A stretch of 64,000 bases of DNA, from NCBI GenBank assembly GCA_905178155.1, contig CAJINV010000001.1, positions 6,889,794 through 6,953,793 of the forward strand, given 5' to 3'. This DNA is from Amoebophrya sp. A120. Its lineage: Eukaryota > Protista > Dinoflagellata. Within the stretch, counting starts at the first letter, position 1; each line of letters starts with the position of its first letter. The position numbers and the translations under genes are program-made. The notes under the pieces are model-generated. The model did no database searches, was not told where the DNA came from, and saw only the letters and a list, made by a program, of their open reading frames with translations. Below, piece after piece: positions 1 to 12,051 of the stretch.

Positions 1-247
1 CTCCCCATTGCACCGGCTCTTGCGCCCGAGCAGCAGCAATTTCTGTCGCTTCTTCTTCATTCAAACGCCCGTTCTGGAGAAAGAATCTAAATTTACTGTC
101 AGTCCTGCGCTCCTCCATTTGCTTTGAACCCGCAGCGGCTGCAGCTCTCACCGGCTGGGCACCAAAGCAGCAAAGGGACGTGAGGCCAACCGTGGTAAAA
201 AGAGCCGCCGAATAGCAGCACAGCCCTGCATTCTTGCTTCCCATCAT
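1..247 (-). CDS. 5' part of a second copy of the hypothetical gene at 1030-2349 (truncated by window edge)
   Basis: Same sequence as 2103-2349, including the upstream region. Confidence 0.6.
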   Translation of the reverse strand, partial: MMGSKNAGLCCYSAALFTTVGLTSLCCFGAQPVRAAAAAGSKQMEERRTDSKFRFFLQNGRLNEEEATEIAAARAQEPVQWG

Positions 248-1019
248 GTCTTCCAAATAATGCTAAATAGCTGCTGCTGCTATTTCGTATACTATAAACC
301 AAAAATGTAAAGTTCTTGCGCAATACAACGCAAAAATGCAACAATTTTCCACAAAAAGCGTTCGCGATTTGTGACTAGTCACGTAGAGACGAGCAGTGTG
401 CGTTCGGAAGAGATCGCTGCGAGACGTTGGATAAAGGAACTGTTGAAACTCTCACGATTTTTTTTTGTTCCGCTTACTTAGTGCTCTGCTGCTCACAGCT
501 TCATCAACCTCACTGCGAGTAAATCGGCTCAATTCGATCTTCTGCGGTCCATCGCAGAGGCGCACTGTGCTTTTCTGTTCCGTGATTGTTTCGTTTCTTC
601 GCACGCGATCACTTGAGCGAAAATGCCTACGGTCCCTTTCGCAAAAATAAGTAGAGCGTTTTGCAAAAATAGAGAAGACAGTGCATATGAACATGTGTCT
701 CGTCATTGGTGACATCAAGTGCGAACCAGTTCCCAAACGAAGGACTAATGTGAGCGTTCGGATTAAACTTCCAGCTGAGTTGATTCGTTTCTGGAACTTT
801 TCCAGAAGAGATCGTAAGGTTGTTGCGCCAAAGAGCGGCTTGTTCTCGTTGCTGCAAAAAACTTCTCGGAAACCATCAAAGTGTAAGATGTCCTTTTCTC
901 CGTCTCGTGCCACGCTTTCTTTCTCCTTTGCAGGATCAGTTCCAAATTCCGTGTCGAGAACCAGTGGCCTTTCGAGATTTTGCACAGCACTCACCACAGA
1001 CAGCATGTCACGCACAATC
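1..1019. repeat. Direct repeat, copy of 2103-3121 (offset 2102 bp); runs off the window's left edge
   Basis: 1-1019 aligns base for base with 2103-3121; apparently identical up to ~880, with scattered substitutions from ~880 to 1019. Confidence 0.95.
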
Positions 1020-1033
1020 GAGGGCTGCGTCAT
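452..1033 (-). pseudogene. Duplicated 3' fragment of the TTL-family gene, lacking the catalytic core
   Basis: From IVRDML onward the ORF matches the C-terminus of 2554-4329; its ATG overlaps the upstream gene's stop (ATGA). Confidence 0.65.
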
Positions 1034-2349
1034 TTTCTCTTTCCAAGATGGAGACGATTTTGAATGAAAGGGGAGCGGTCGTCTGTTTCCATGTCTATGC
1101 CGTTGAGCTCAAGCTCCCGCTTCCAACCTTTGCTGCGCCACATTTCGTCAAGCCACTGCTGCCAACCTGCCGTGAGCCCGACTGCAAACATATGACTATC
1201 TTCGTTACGAAAAAGAAGAGCCTCTTGTTTTCCCCGCCAATGCTCGCCGAGCTGCCACAAGGCCTGATGTAGCTCGGCGCTTGAGTTCCATGGCAACACG
1301 TCCTGGCGTGGTCCTTCGCCTCCAGAGGCCATCACGTTTTCTTGGGGTCGGCGCGGCAAAGAAAAGGTGGAGGATGCTGGTGGCCCCGGGGGTTCGACAG
1401 AACTTTTCAAAGCGAGATAGGCCGCTATTCCCTCAAACAGGAGCTGCGTCCCGTAGATCCGTTGCCGAAACCCAAAGTCTCTAACGCGCCTCCTTCCCGT
1501 GGTGGAGAGGACGGACGGAGGGTGTAAGTGCTGTTTCCACCTCTCCGCGGAGTCCCAAGAATCTGGTCGATCAGGATCTCCTGGAGACAGCGCCGCTTGC
1601 ACAAACTGATCCACACGATTGGCCGCCAATGCGGCCCCGAAAACTTCAATTTTGGTCACGGCGGGCAGCTTCTGGTCCCCCGCATCCATGGCAGTGTCCC
1701 GTTCGCGTGGGGTGAGTGTTTCGTCCGCGTGCCTGAGAACGTCATACTTCCTCACGCTGGTTTCTAGCTGGTTCTTCAGATACCGTGCAAGCGCTTCGGT
1801 GCCACCATTCCAGGCGTGCTCTAAAGCAGGCACCCACTCATCCTGAAGGAAGGTGTACTCTGGCCCATGGATCCGCACCAATTGCAACGAGTAAGGGCGG
1901 CGGTGGTCCCCCGTGCCGGCAACTGCCTCGCCGAGTGTGTGGAAGTGGGCCACGGGCTTTGTAGCGCCGCGCGGCAGAAACTTCACGTTTCCCGGCGGAA
2001 TCCGAAGGTGGCGGGCTAGGTCTGCCACGTGCCAGCTAGGCCAGTTCTCGTGTTCCTCCACGGCAAAAGGCTCACTGGCTGACAACGTACTGACCATCAG
2101 CTCTCCCCATTGCACCGGCTCTTGCGCCCGAGCAGCAGCAATTTCTGTCGCTTCTTCTTCATTCAAACGCCCGTTCTGGAGAAAGAATCTAAATTTACTG
2201 TCAGTCCTGCGCTCCTCCATTTGCTTTGAACCCGCAGCGGCTGCAGCTCTCACCGGCTGGGCACCAAAGCAGCAAAGGGACGTGAGGCCAACCGTGGTAA
2301 AAAGAGCCGCCGAATAGCAGCACAGCCCTGCATTCTTGCTTCCCATCAT
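1030..2349 (-). CDS. Hypothetical protein (~440 aa) with hydrophobic N-terminal signal-like segment
   Basis: Long uninterrupted ORF (ORF track starts at TTG 2358; first ATG 2349); no family recognised. Confidence 0.65.
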   Translation of the reverse strand: MMGSKNAGLCCYSAALFTTVGLTSLCCFGAQPVRAAAAAGSKQMEERRTDSKFRFFLQNGRLNEEEATEIAAARAQEPVQWGELMVSTLSASEPFAVEEHENWPSWHVADLARHLRIPPGNVKFLPRGATKPVAHFHTLGEAVAGTGDHRRPYSLQLVRIHGPEYTFLQDEWVPALEHAWNGGTEALARYLKNQLETSVRKYDVLRHADETLTPRERDTAMDAGDQKLPAVTKIEVFGAALAANRVDQFVQAALSPGDPDRPDSWDSAERWKQHLHPPSVLSTTGRRRVRDFGFRQRIYGTQLLFEGIAAYLALKSSVEPPGPPASSTFSLPRRPQENVMASGGEGPRQDVLPWNSSAELHQALWQLGEHWRGKQEALLFRNEDSHMFAVGLTAGWQQWLDEMWRSKGWKRELELNGIDMETDDRSPFIQNRLHLGKRK

Positions 2350-3121
2350 GTCTTCCAAATAATGCTAAATAGCTGCTGCTGCTATTTCGTATACTATAAA
2401 CCAAAAATGTAAAGTTCTTGCGCAATACAACGCAAAAATGCAACAATTTTCCACAAAAAGCGTTCGCGATTTGTGACTAGTCACGTAGAGACGAGCAGTG
2501 TGCGTTCGGAAGAGATCGCTGCGAGACGTTGGATAAAGGAACTGTTGAAACTCTCACGATTTTTTTTTGTTCCGCTTACTTAGTGCTCTGCTGCTCACAG
2601 CTTCATCAACCTCACTGCGAGTAAATCGGCTCAATTCGATCTTCTGCGGTCCATCGCAGAGGCGCACTGTGCTTTTCTGTTCCGTGATTGTTTCGTTTCT
2701 TCGCACGCGATCACTTGAGCGAAAATGCCTACGGTCCCTTTCGCAAAAATAAGTAGAGCGTTTTGCAAAAATAGAGAAGACAGTGCATATGAACATGTGT
2801 CTCGTCATTGGTGACATCAAGTGCGAACCAGTTCCCAAACGAAGGACTAATGTGAGCGTTCGGATTAAACTTCCAGCTGAGTTGATTCGTTTCTGGAACT
2901 TTTCCAGAAGAGATCGTAAGGTTGTTGCGCCAAAGAGCGGCTTGTTCTCGTTGCTGCAAAAAACTTCTCGGAAACCATCAAATTGTAAAATGCCCTTTTC
3001 TCCATCACGTGCCATACTTTCTTTCTCCTTTGCAGAATCAGTTCCAAATTCCGTGTCGAGGACGAGTGGCCTTTCGAGATTTTGCACAGCACTCACCACA
3101 GACAACATGTCTCGCACAATC
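2103..3121. repeat. Direct repeat, partner of 1-1019
   Basis: Direct alignment at offset 2102. Confidence 0.95.
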
Positions 3122-4329
3122 CCATCTGCCACCTTCTGCTCATACATGGCAAACGACGGCCCGCTGTTTGCTTCCAACACTTTCACTTCTCCGGAATCCT
3201 GCACCAGGAAATCAAAGCCATACAGCTCCACGCAGTGCGGAAGGGGACAGAAAAACAGCGGCTTCTTCTCGTACAGCGCAAAGACGTCGCGAAGACACGC
3301 TTTGATTTGTGCGACCACGTTGAAGCCGTTTTTTTTCAGAAGCAGTGCTCGGTCTTCCTCGTCAGCCAGGTCTATGAGTGGGACGGAATGCTCCTGTGAT
3401 ACACAACAGTTCGTTAAGTGGGCGGCACTGTGATGGCTCGTCGGCATTTCGTCTTCTTGCAATTGCTCTTCATGCGCTTCTGGGTCGTGATCCTCCTGCT
3501 CCTCGTGCTCCTGTAGGTGCATGCTCTGCTGCCCATCGTCCTCTCCCAGCGGTCTGTATTGCTCCTTCGCGAAGAGACACGCGATAGAGGGGACGTGGAG
3601 AAAAACGTGCCAACCTCCCGTTTTCGGATTTCCCGCGACCAGAACCAGTGCGCGCAAGTGGAATTTGCGGTTCTCGTAGGACTCAAGCAGCAACGGCGGA
3701 ACGTACTCCTGAATCAGGTACTCATCATTGGTTTTAGTGCCTGACTCGCAGACAAGGGCAGCTTTTGTTTTCGGCGTGTTCTCATCAGCCTCCTCCCGCG
3801 CATCGACAAAGGAGTCGTCACCGGCATCCGGCTCAGCATCACAACTGCTCCTTTTACGGACGCGATTCAGGAACGCTTCCACATCTTTTGCACTTTCGCA
3901 AAACCCGATGTTCTCCCCGCGATTGGCTCTCGACGCTTTCACAACAAAACCGGCACAGGAGGATACGGACGCTTCATCCTCTTCGTGCCTTCTCAACTTC
4001 GCTAGAACTAATTTCTCGTCCTCTTCGTCTTCGATCGTCCACGTACTTGGTAGCCACTGCGTCTTCCGCAGTACGGTGCAGAACACGCTCTTCTGCAGGA
4101 GACCCGTCCGCACGTATATCCCTGCGGCGCGCTTTTCCCCTTTCAAAACCGCATCCCAGTCTGTCTGGGAAAACGGGAGAAACCAGTCCGGGGCATTTGC
4201 GTTTTCCAAGGCTTTGTGGAAGATTGGGTTCGTCACGAGCCAGGTTGTGTGCCTCCTCGTTTTCTGCTCCGGATTCGAAGAAGCGTCTTCTGGTGGCACG
4301 CGATCATGATTGTCGTCTACTTCAGGCAT
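2554..4329 (-). CDS. Tubulin-tyrosine ligase (TTL/TTLL) family ATP-grasp protein
   Basis: Motifs FVVKASRANRGENI, LIQEYVPPLLL, RKFHLRALVLV, HLTN, ELYGFDFLV, LEANSGPSF. Confidence 0.85.
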   Translation of the reverse strand: MPEVDDNHDRVPPEDASSNPEQKTRRHTTWLVTNPIFHKALENANAPDWFLPFSQTDWDAVLKGEKRAAGIYVRTGLLQKSVFCTVLRKTQWLPSTWTIEDEEDEKLVLAKLRRHEEDEASVSSCAGFVVKASRANRGENIGFCESAKDVEAFLNRVRKRSSCDAEPDAGDDSFVDAREEADENTPKTKAALVCESGTKTNDEYLIQEYVPPLLLESYENRKFHLRALVLVAGNPKTGGWHVFLHVPSIACLFAKEQYRPLGEDDGQQSMHLQEHEEQEDHDPEAHEEQLQEDEMPTSHHSAAHLTNCCVSQEHSVPLIDLADEEDRALLLKKNGFNVVAQIKACLRDVFALYEKKPLFFCPLPHCVELYGFDFLVQDSGEVKVLEANSGPSFAMYEQKVADGIVRDMLSVVSAVQNLERPLVLDTEFGTDSAKEKESMARDGEKGILQFDGFREVFCSNENKPLFGATTLRSLLEKFQKRINSAGSLIRTLTLVLRLGTGSHLMSPMTRHMFICTVFSIFAKRSTYFCERDRRHFRSSDRVRRNETITEQKSTVRLCDGPQKIELSRFTRSEVDEAVSSRALSKRNKKKS

Positions 4330-4818
4330 CTCTTAAACGAGTCTACAGGAGGTGTGTCCAATGACTTATCCACAAAACAGCTACTACCGGAATCCCCAAC
4401 GTACAGTTTTCATGTCGACGACAAGAGAAAGAGACACGACTGAAACAACAAAACGCAATAGCGGTTCGCTTTGCCTATTTGATCAATCACTTCGGACGGA
4501 AAAACACACACAGGCACGTAGCAGCAATCCACAAAAACAAAAACATCATCATCTTCTTCAAAAGCCACACTGAATTCCACCGTGAAGTCGCAACCTTCGA
4601 CGAAGTGGCTGAAAAGTCGGATTTTTCTGTCGCAGTCGCAGAAAAAGTGGTTTATGAATGAGCTGGAGGTTTGCTCATTATCATTATCTCATGTCGTTCT
4701 CGTTGTCGCAAAAGGTCGATATTTTTTTCGAGCATCTGAAGGGGGATAAGTCGTTCTCGGTTGAAAAAGTCGTTTCTTGATCACCTTCCGCAAAGATCCC
4801 GCCAAAAATCTCTTCGCC

Positions 4819-7800
4819 TCAAGACGCGAATGGGTTCGAGCGCTTCACAATCTCCTGGGCGGCGTTCGGGTCAAAGCCCATGTACAGCGGTCCTTGATTT
4901 TGATGCTCTGCCTCTTCGTCCTCCCCGAAATCCAGCTCCTCCTCCATGAAGTCGTCTTTCTCGGGGGAGCATTCCTGCGGCGGCACGGGCGGATCGTCCA
5001 GTTGCGGCGCCACCGGGTCGTCCTCTTCAAAAATGGGCATGTCGTCGTCCACATCTTCCACTTGCAGATCCTCTTCTTTTTTCACGCTCTCCTCAGCTGC
5101 GGCAGCAGCGGCCTCCTGCTTCGGAGTTTGCTCAGACTGTAATTGGACCATCTCCGCAGCGGCGCGCAGATCCTCGGAGCCCTCAAAAATCTCCTCAGGT
5201 CCGTCCATTTCAACTACCGGGTCCTTCTCGATCTTTGGGGAGGGCTGTTTTTGTCGAAGGCTTGGAAAGCTTTTGGAGTGAGAATCGCGAGATCATCGGA
5301 GCAAAAACAGTACGTACCACAACCACGATACAGAGATCAAGTACAATCAGGAGGAACTACATAAAAAAGCAATACCGTTTTTGGGATTGGCGCCACTCGC
5401 GTCCAGGCGGTACTACGTTCCGGCTCTTTTTCCTTTTTCGCTTCCTTCACGGTCTTGTCTTTCGTGTCAGTCACCTCTTTCTTCTTGTCCGTCTCCACCT
5501 TCGGCGCGGACTTCTTTTTTGTACCTGTGGTTGTGACAATTGAGTTCATACACTTTCAGTTTGAAATCTTTTCATTTCGCATCTTCATATTCAACCCAGA
5601 GCGAGACATGCATTCGAATTTTCACACAACAAGTGAGTAACGAAGTACCCTCTTCCTCCGAGTCCACCGCCAGTTGCTCGAAATTTTTATTAGTGCCTGG
5701 CTTCACCCCCTTGGCCGGGGCAGACTCCTCTGCCTTCGTTTTCTTCTCATCATTTGCCGGTTTCGTGGCTGTCGCTGAGTCTGTGGTCGAAGTGGTTTTC
5801 AAATTCCTCCTCTTGTCCTCAACATTCTTGACTGCCGAGCTGGACGCCGCACTAGAGGTTCCCGCAGCTGTTGGCGGGGGTACCGCTGCTGTGGTGACGA
5901 TTTCGGTTCCCCAACCCCGCACCAACCCTTTTCTCTTACGCTCCAAAGACCGATCGCGGCTTCGCTCCCGGACGCGGTGCCGCGTCCGACTGCGATTTCT
6001 GGTCGTGCGCGAGCGGCTGTCGTTGTACCGACGGTCACGCTCACGGCCACCGCGTCGATGGTCTGCTCTGCCGCTTCTTTCAGCCTCGGCCCGACTTTGC
6101 AGCACAATCGGCGACCTCCCTCTACGAGCCTCTTCCCGACCCTTCAGGACGATGGGTTCTTTTTTATCCTCCTTCTGCTCGCGCCTTTCCTTTTCGCGCT
6201 GCCTATCCTTCTCACGCTCTTTTTCCCGCTGCCGCTCCTTCTCTCGCTGCTCCTGCTTTTCTTTTTCCCTGGCGGCCTGCCGCTCTTTTTCTTTTCGTTC
6301 GGCACGTTCTTTTTCCCTTTGCAGCTCCTTTCGCTCCTTTTCGAGACGCTCTTTTTCCTTTTGCGCAGCGCGGTCTTTTTCCTTTTTTTCTTGCCGTTCC
6401 CGCTCCTTTTGTGCGGCGCGGTCTTTCTCTTTTTGCTCCTGCTTTTCCTTTTCTTTCCGTTCTTGCCGCTCCTTTTCCTTCTGCGCCAAGCGTTCCTGCT
6501 CCTTTTTCTCTTGTCGTTCCTTCTCCTTCTGCGCAGCATGCTCTTTCTCCTTTTTCTCTTGTCGCTCTCTTTCTTTTTGGGCCTGCCGTTCCTTTTCCAG
6601 CTGCTCCTGCCGCTCTTTCTCACGCTGCTCTCTCCGTTTCAGGCGCTCTGCCTCTTCCTTTTCCTTCTCACGTCGTGCTTTCTCCTCTTTTTCCTTTTGC
6701 TCACGCCTTGCTTTTTCTTCCTTTTCACGCTTCAATTGCTTCTGCTTCTCTTCCTCCTCTACTTGCTTTTTCCGGCGCAGACGTTCCGCTTCCTCGGCCT
6801 GCTTCTTTCGAGCCGCCTCAGCCTGCTGCTCTTTCCGCCTCGCCTCTTGTTCACGCTGCTGTTGGTACTCGCGTTTCAAAGCATCCTCTTCCCGCTTAGA
6901 AAACTTTCCGTAGTCGGTGTTTTGCTTGTTGCTTTCCGGCTCGCGTTCACGCTTACCGGGTCTGTTACCTTTCTGCGCGCCGGCATCCTGCGAACCAGCT
7001 CGATCTCTCGCGCTGGGAGGCAATGGACGCAAGGGGTTGTTATCCGTACTAGTGCCTGGTGCACCACCGCGCACACTCCCACTTGTGTGTAGCGCAGGCT
7101 GCCCAGTAACGGCCTTTTGCTGATGTTGAACGCTTCCGCCCGTGTGTAGGTTATGCGATGAGCGGGCAGTAGCCCCCTGCTGGTGTTCTGCGGCCTTCTT
7201 GGAATTATGAGCTTTGCTGCTACTCCCAGCGGGCTCCGGAACCACCAAGGTTTTCAACCCTCCGACTTTGGTACTATTCCCGCCTGTCTGCACATTAGAC
7301 TGTTTCGGGGCCACTTCGTTTTTCGCTGCTTGTTGCTTTTTTTCTTTTTTCTCCTTCTCCTTCTGCTCCCGCCGTTTGCGTAGAAGCTCCTCGGCGATTG
7401 CTTTTTCCTTCAGCGCTGCGCGCTCCCGTTCCTTCGCCGCTTCAGCGAGCTTTTTCTCCAGATCAGCGTCTTCTTTTTTCTGCTTTTTAGACTGTTGCTG
7501 CTGCTCAATGGCAGACCTGGGCGGCAAAACTTTTCTCAGCGGTGCGCTGTTCGCCCCGGTGGCTGCTGAAGAGGAAGCCGGAGCGGTGTTGTTCATCGCA
7601 GTAGACTTTTTATTTGCATTCGGATTCCCACTCCTTCCGTGGTCATTGTTCTTGCTCGAGAGCGGCTGCAGCTTACCGCCCACGGCAGCGTTTTGATGTG
7701 CCGTACTAGCGCTGCCGCTGCGCGCAGACGGTGGGAGAGGCTGCAGCGGCTTTTTCGCATCTCCTCCTCCGCCCGGCCCAATGTACGAAGTTGGTGCGGT

Positions 7801-8154
7801 GGTGCCCCGGGAGGCTGCAGTAGTGGTGCCACTACCATGTGCGACGTTTCCTGCTTTGCTGGTATTACGATTCGTGTCATGTTTATTATCATCCTTTCTG
7901 CTTTTCAGCTGCTCGTACTCGCGATCAATCTGCTTTTTCACTTCCTCCTTGGACCGCTGTCTCTGGTCCTCGGAGTGGTGGCCGCGAGGGGGAGCAGAGG
8001 GGGCAGCCAGCCGGTTTTTGATATTCTGCTTGTAATCTTCCTTGTCGTTCCCTTTTTTCACTGGTAGAGAAGCCTCGGGCGTCCGGGACCGTCGCCGCTG
8101 ATGCTCGCGGCGACGCGATTCGTCGCGGCGGTGCCTCTTGTGCTTTTTCGTCAT
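4819..8154 (-). CDS. Large low-complexity K/E/R-rich coiled-coil protein, probably multi-exon (ORFs 5572-8154, 5337-5549, 4819-5208)
   Basis: 860-aa ORF plus compositionally similar downstream ORFs; exon junctions not resolved. Confidence 0.55.
6200..6800 (-). repeat. Degenerate coding tandem repeats (KEKERQEKKEK...AAQ, roughly 17 aa per unit)
   Basis: Recurring AQKEKERQEKKE-type units in the translation. Confidence 0.7.
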
Positions 8155-8590
8155 AATTTTGATGTTATTCTCGGTATTTTCATCCCAATAGAAGTCACAC
8201 TGTGCTTATTTTTCCCGGGGATGTTGTATACGTGTGTCCGGTTAGATTTCTAAGTCTTCAATCGAGAACCCCGGAAGACGTCGCAGAAGAGAATGTCTAA
8301 AAAGCGGTGGGAGAGGGCGCAAAAGTCGAGGTGGACGCAAGCGCAACAGGCAAAAAAAACAAGTATTTCGTCGATCGAGTATGTGTGAACGCCAGGTCGT
8401 GTTTCAATAGATACCTTTCTGTCTTTCCTGTCTTCGCAAAAGAAAAACGCAATGAGTTGATGTCAGGAGCTTCGTTCTTCAGGAGAAATTTCAATTTGAG
8501 TTTCGATCCGTTAGAATTATTTTCAGCTGAGCAGGGCTTATTTCATTTCCACAAAATGAACTGCTATCCACGCATGAACCGTCGTTGATT

Positions 8591-10093
8591 CTATTTGAAC
8601 AAGATTTCCAGTCTTTTATGGATCCGAGCAATCTCGACAACCTCAAAATCCTCGAGGACCAAGAGCGACAGCAAATCGAGCTGAATACAGAGCATCTTCT
8701 TCTTCTTTTTCTTTTCCTTTTCTTGGTGGAATAGGACATCCGAGGATTTCGTCGACGTCGGGAAGAATTTCAAAAACTCCAGATTTGCTATCCTGTCAAC
8801 CTTAGCCTTTTTCAGACTATGTTCTCTTGGAGATTCAATAGTCATAGACTACAAATCGAAAAATCTCTTTCAGGGCAAAAAAATTGAAACCAGCACGCCC
8901 CTACCAATCATTCACCTCCCAGCCAACAGCAAATCCCTCAAAGCTGCCATATCCTCTGGCGATTGCAGCAGTTTTATTGCGCCGGGTGCGGACCCGAGCA
9001 GCGATTTCAGGTCTAGCTTCATTTTTCTTGGCTTCCAAACTAGTTCCTGCAACAATTCCGCCACCGTGCCGTCCTGCTTGCTCGCCACCAGCTGCCGAAG
9101 CCTTTCCGGGGCGGAGTACCGGAATCTGGCGTATTCGTCGCAGCAGACGTCAAGCACCTGATTGAAGTCTTCGTCGGTTTTTTCGTCCAGAGGACACTTC
9201 CCGACGATTTCCTCCAGCTCATCTTCCTTCATCACGTGCAAGCTACACTCCGCCAGAGCCGCTATCAGCTTCAGCGTCGCTTGTCGGTAGGACTCAGTGC
9301 GGCGCTGGACTTGCAACTCCAAGTCGCTGACCAGCTTTTTACCGCTGTCTTCAAGGCGTTCCTTCGCGCGCTGGGAGTGCGAGACCTGGCGAGGTGATTT
9401 GTTTTCGTGTTGCGGGTCTGGTGCATATCGCACGCAAAGAGGGGAAGCTGCTTCCTAACAGTAGAACAATGTAATCTACACTCAAAAAACGTATATCAAA
9501 GCGGGAGTGTAGTACTACCTGTGTCTGGAGATTTTCTATCTCCTTCTGCTGCTTTGCTATTGTCGCTTCCCGATCCTCGAGGGCGTCGCGCAGCTTCGTG
9601 TTTTCTTCTCGAAGCGCCAGCGTTCGCTCGTCTCGTCTCTTCTGCTCGTGTTCGCCTGGAGCAGGTTGTAAAAGAAAAATGATTTTCTCAATTTCTACAA
9701 ACTGGTCAAACGCTAACGCATTCAACGCTTCAACAGTGTATGATGAGAAAAAATTAACATTGGGTTCACAATCAAACGCAAGACAGCAATACAGAATTCC
9801 GCCTTTTCCTGGTCTAATCGTTTCACGAGCCGCAGCTTCTCTCTTTGAAATTCGTTCGCATCCGCTTCCAAATCTTCTATCCTCGTCGCCAGCTCCCAAC
9901 ATTTCAAAATTGCCTCTTCAAATGCGTTCTGCTGCAGCGACAGGCGCTGCGCCCAGTCCTCCTTTTCCCGACTGAAGTCCTCCTGGGCGACCAGAAACTT
10001 TTCTCGTTCGCCCTTCAAACGCTTGACGTACCGCGTCACCTGCGGTCCGAACTTCAGCCACTGCTCGCCGAGCAGAGCACACTCACCCGACAT
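8591..10093 (-). CDS. Hypothetical multi-exon coiled-coil protein
   Basis: Successive helical ORF segments 9722-10093, ~9510-9660, 8912-9433 and 8591-8790; GAAAATG start; some junctions uncertain. Confidence 0.45.
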
Positions 10094-10685
10094 TTTCGAA
10101 GGTGGAGCTCTGAGGGGTTAGCAGCTTTGGAAGTACTTACAACTGAAACCCGGGATCCTCAGTGGTAGTAGGTGTGGCTATTCGGATTTTTGATTCTACC
10201 AAGCTGCAGTACTTTATTAAACCTTCAGTGATAGAAACATTATCAACAGCAACCAACGAAGCTTGTCGAAAATCGACAGAGAACCATCAACTTTGCAAGA
10301 AATCTCTCGTCTCGGACTCAAACGACAACGCGAAGGAACATATCTCAGGTGTCTGTAGGTTTGGATGCAGCTGATCGAATACGATTAGCATTAGGACACC
10401 AGACGCATACGCACTTGTCCTATTTCAAGCTTGCACAGATGCCTTGGGTTAAGTCGACAAACTTCCTTTATTCTCGCGTTGAGTTTTCTGCGTTGTGACT
10501 CATTGAATACTGTTCTTGCGTCCTGGTGGCAACATATTCTCTAATTGTCGTATATGCTTATGCACGTAGAGTCGTCGCTTTTCGAAATTGCGAATGTCAG
10601 AGGGTGTACTAAGCCTTTCCTCCAGGATCCTGAACATGAGTCTCTGTTCGTGTTCATCTGGCATCCTGATAAGACATTGATATTC

Positions 10686-11270
10686 CTAACAGCAACCGCA
10701 AGAGGGCTTCAAGTTCAAGGTCAAGAAATGGGCGGACGTCGGCTCGATTTTCTGGTAGTAGTTCGGGACCGTTTTTTGGATCTCGAATCCGTGCTTTTGG
10801 TAAAATTTCAGTGCGACGTCATTGGAGGTTTGCACGTGCAACGCAATCTGGCGGAGGTTTTCGTCCTTCTTCGCAGCTTCGATCAGAAACTCGAGCAACG
10901 CGCTCGCAATGCCCCGCTTGCGGTACGCCGGGAGAAGAGACAAAGTCATCAAATACAGGATATCCTCCTTCGATTTCCCGTTCAGAACCGGTTTCTGTGT
11001 GTCGTCGCTCGCCTGCTCCGGGCAGTTTTCCTTGTTGCACTTCTCCTCGTCCTGTACGCGCGCACAGATACTCCCAACCACGACATCTGCGACAAAGGCA
11101 TAGCGGCAGAATTTGTCGTGTGTGAGCACGTCCTGGTAGAAACCCTCGCCGTAGGTGATCGGAAAGGTTTTCTGCAACAGCACCTTCAGCACGCCCAGAT
11201 TCCTCTCGTTGATCTCGCCGATCTCGTGCTTCAGCGGCGGCCGCTTCGCATCTGCTGGGATGGCGGACAT
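10686..11270 (-). CDS. NAA50: N-alpha-acetyltransferase 50 (NatE, GNAT fold)
   Basis: FPITY..FY, YLMTLSLLPAYRKRGIAS, LHVQTSN..A..FY.KHGF, NYYQKIEP. Confidence 0.88.
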   Translation of the reverse strand: MSAIPADAKRPPLKHEIGEINERNLGVLKVLLQKTFPITYGEGFYQDVLTHDKFCRYAFVADVVVGSICARVQDEEKCNKENCPEQASDDTQKPVLNGKSKEDILYLMTLSLLPAYRKRGIASALLEFLIEAAKKDENLRQIALHVQTSNDVALKFYQKHGFEIQKTVPNYYQKIEPTSAHFLTLNLKPSCGCC

Positions 11271-12051
11271 TTTGTGCTGCGTGAAATTGTACTTGATGTG
11301 TTGGCTGTCGTTGTAAGTGCTTCAGCTACGTGAGATGAATACGAGCTATGGCTTGTCGCGGCGAGTCGTACAGATAACTATGAAGGGCTGTGAAACTACG
11401 CTAAAATCCTTAAACGTGCAATGTCGCGTGCTACAAAGAACGAAAAGTCAGACCAAGGTACTACATCAGTTCTTATGTCCTGCCGTGGTTTTTCAAAAAA
11501 AGAATCGGAAGGCAAAAAGAAAAAACGCGATCAGCACAAAGTTGATCGCGCAAGAGCTTCAAATTAATCCACGATCCATCGCGTCAAGCGAAAACTCGCT
11601 ACGTGATCCGGGCTCAAATATGATCTCGATCTTCGACCACCTGTCGCAACTTTGCTTTCAAACACGTCCACAAAAAGTAGGCACGCCAAATGCCAGTACC
11701 AGCATGGCCTGTCCAGAGTTTGATGAAAACGACCTGACATGAAGAAGATCCTTCATCTTGTCTTACACCAAATGTTGTCATTTTTGCCTCGCTTGAAGAT
11801 CTGCACAAACCGCCGAGGGTCTATTTTATTTGCGATATTTTCTTTTTTCTTTTTCCCTATTTCCAAAAATTGTGAAAGTTTACGTAAAGAACTGATATCT
11901 ATGCAGGATGAAGAACCTAAACAATAGATCTGGAAATGCTGATCACGCTGTTTCTTTATGTCACAAATCTACGGAGTCAAAAATCCACGTTTCGCTTTTG
12001 TCCATTTAGTTTGATATCTTCCACAATGCGTAAAGTAAAAGTGCAACACCT

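Noticed and set aside
5540-7092. Long plus-strand ORFs (457 aa, 371 aa) and other antisense ORFs
   Set aside because: Shadows of low-complexity or GC-rich minus-strand coding sequence; S/F/L-rich with no motifs
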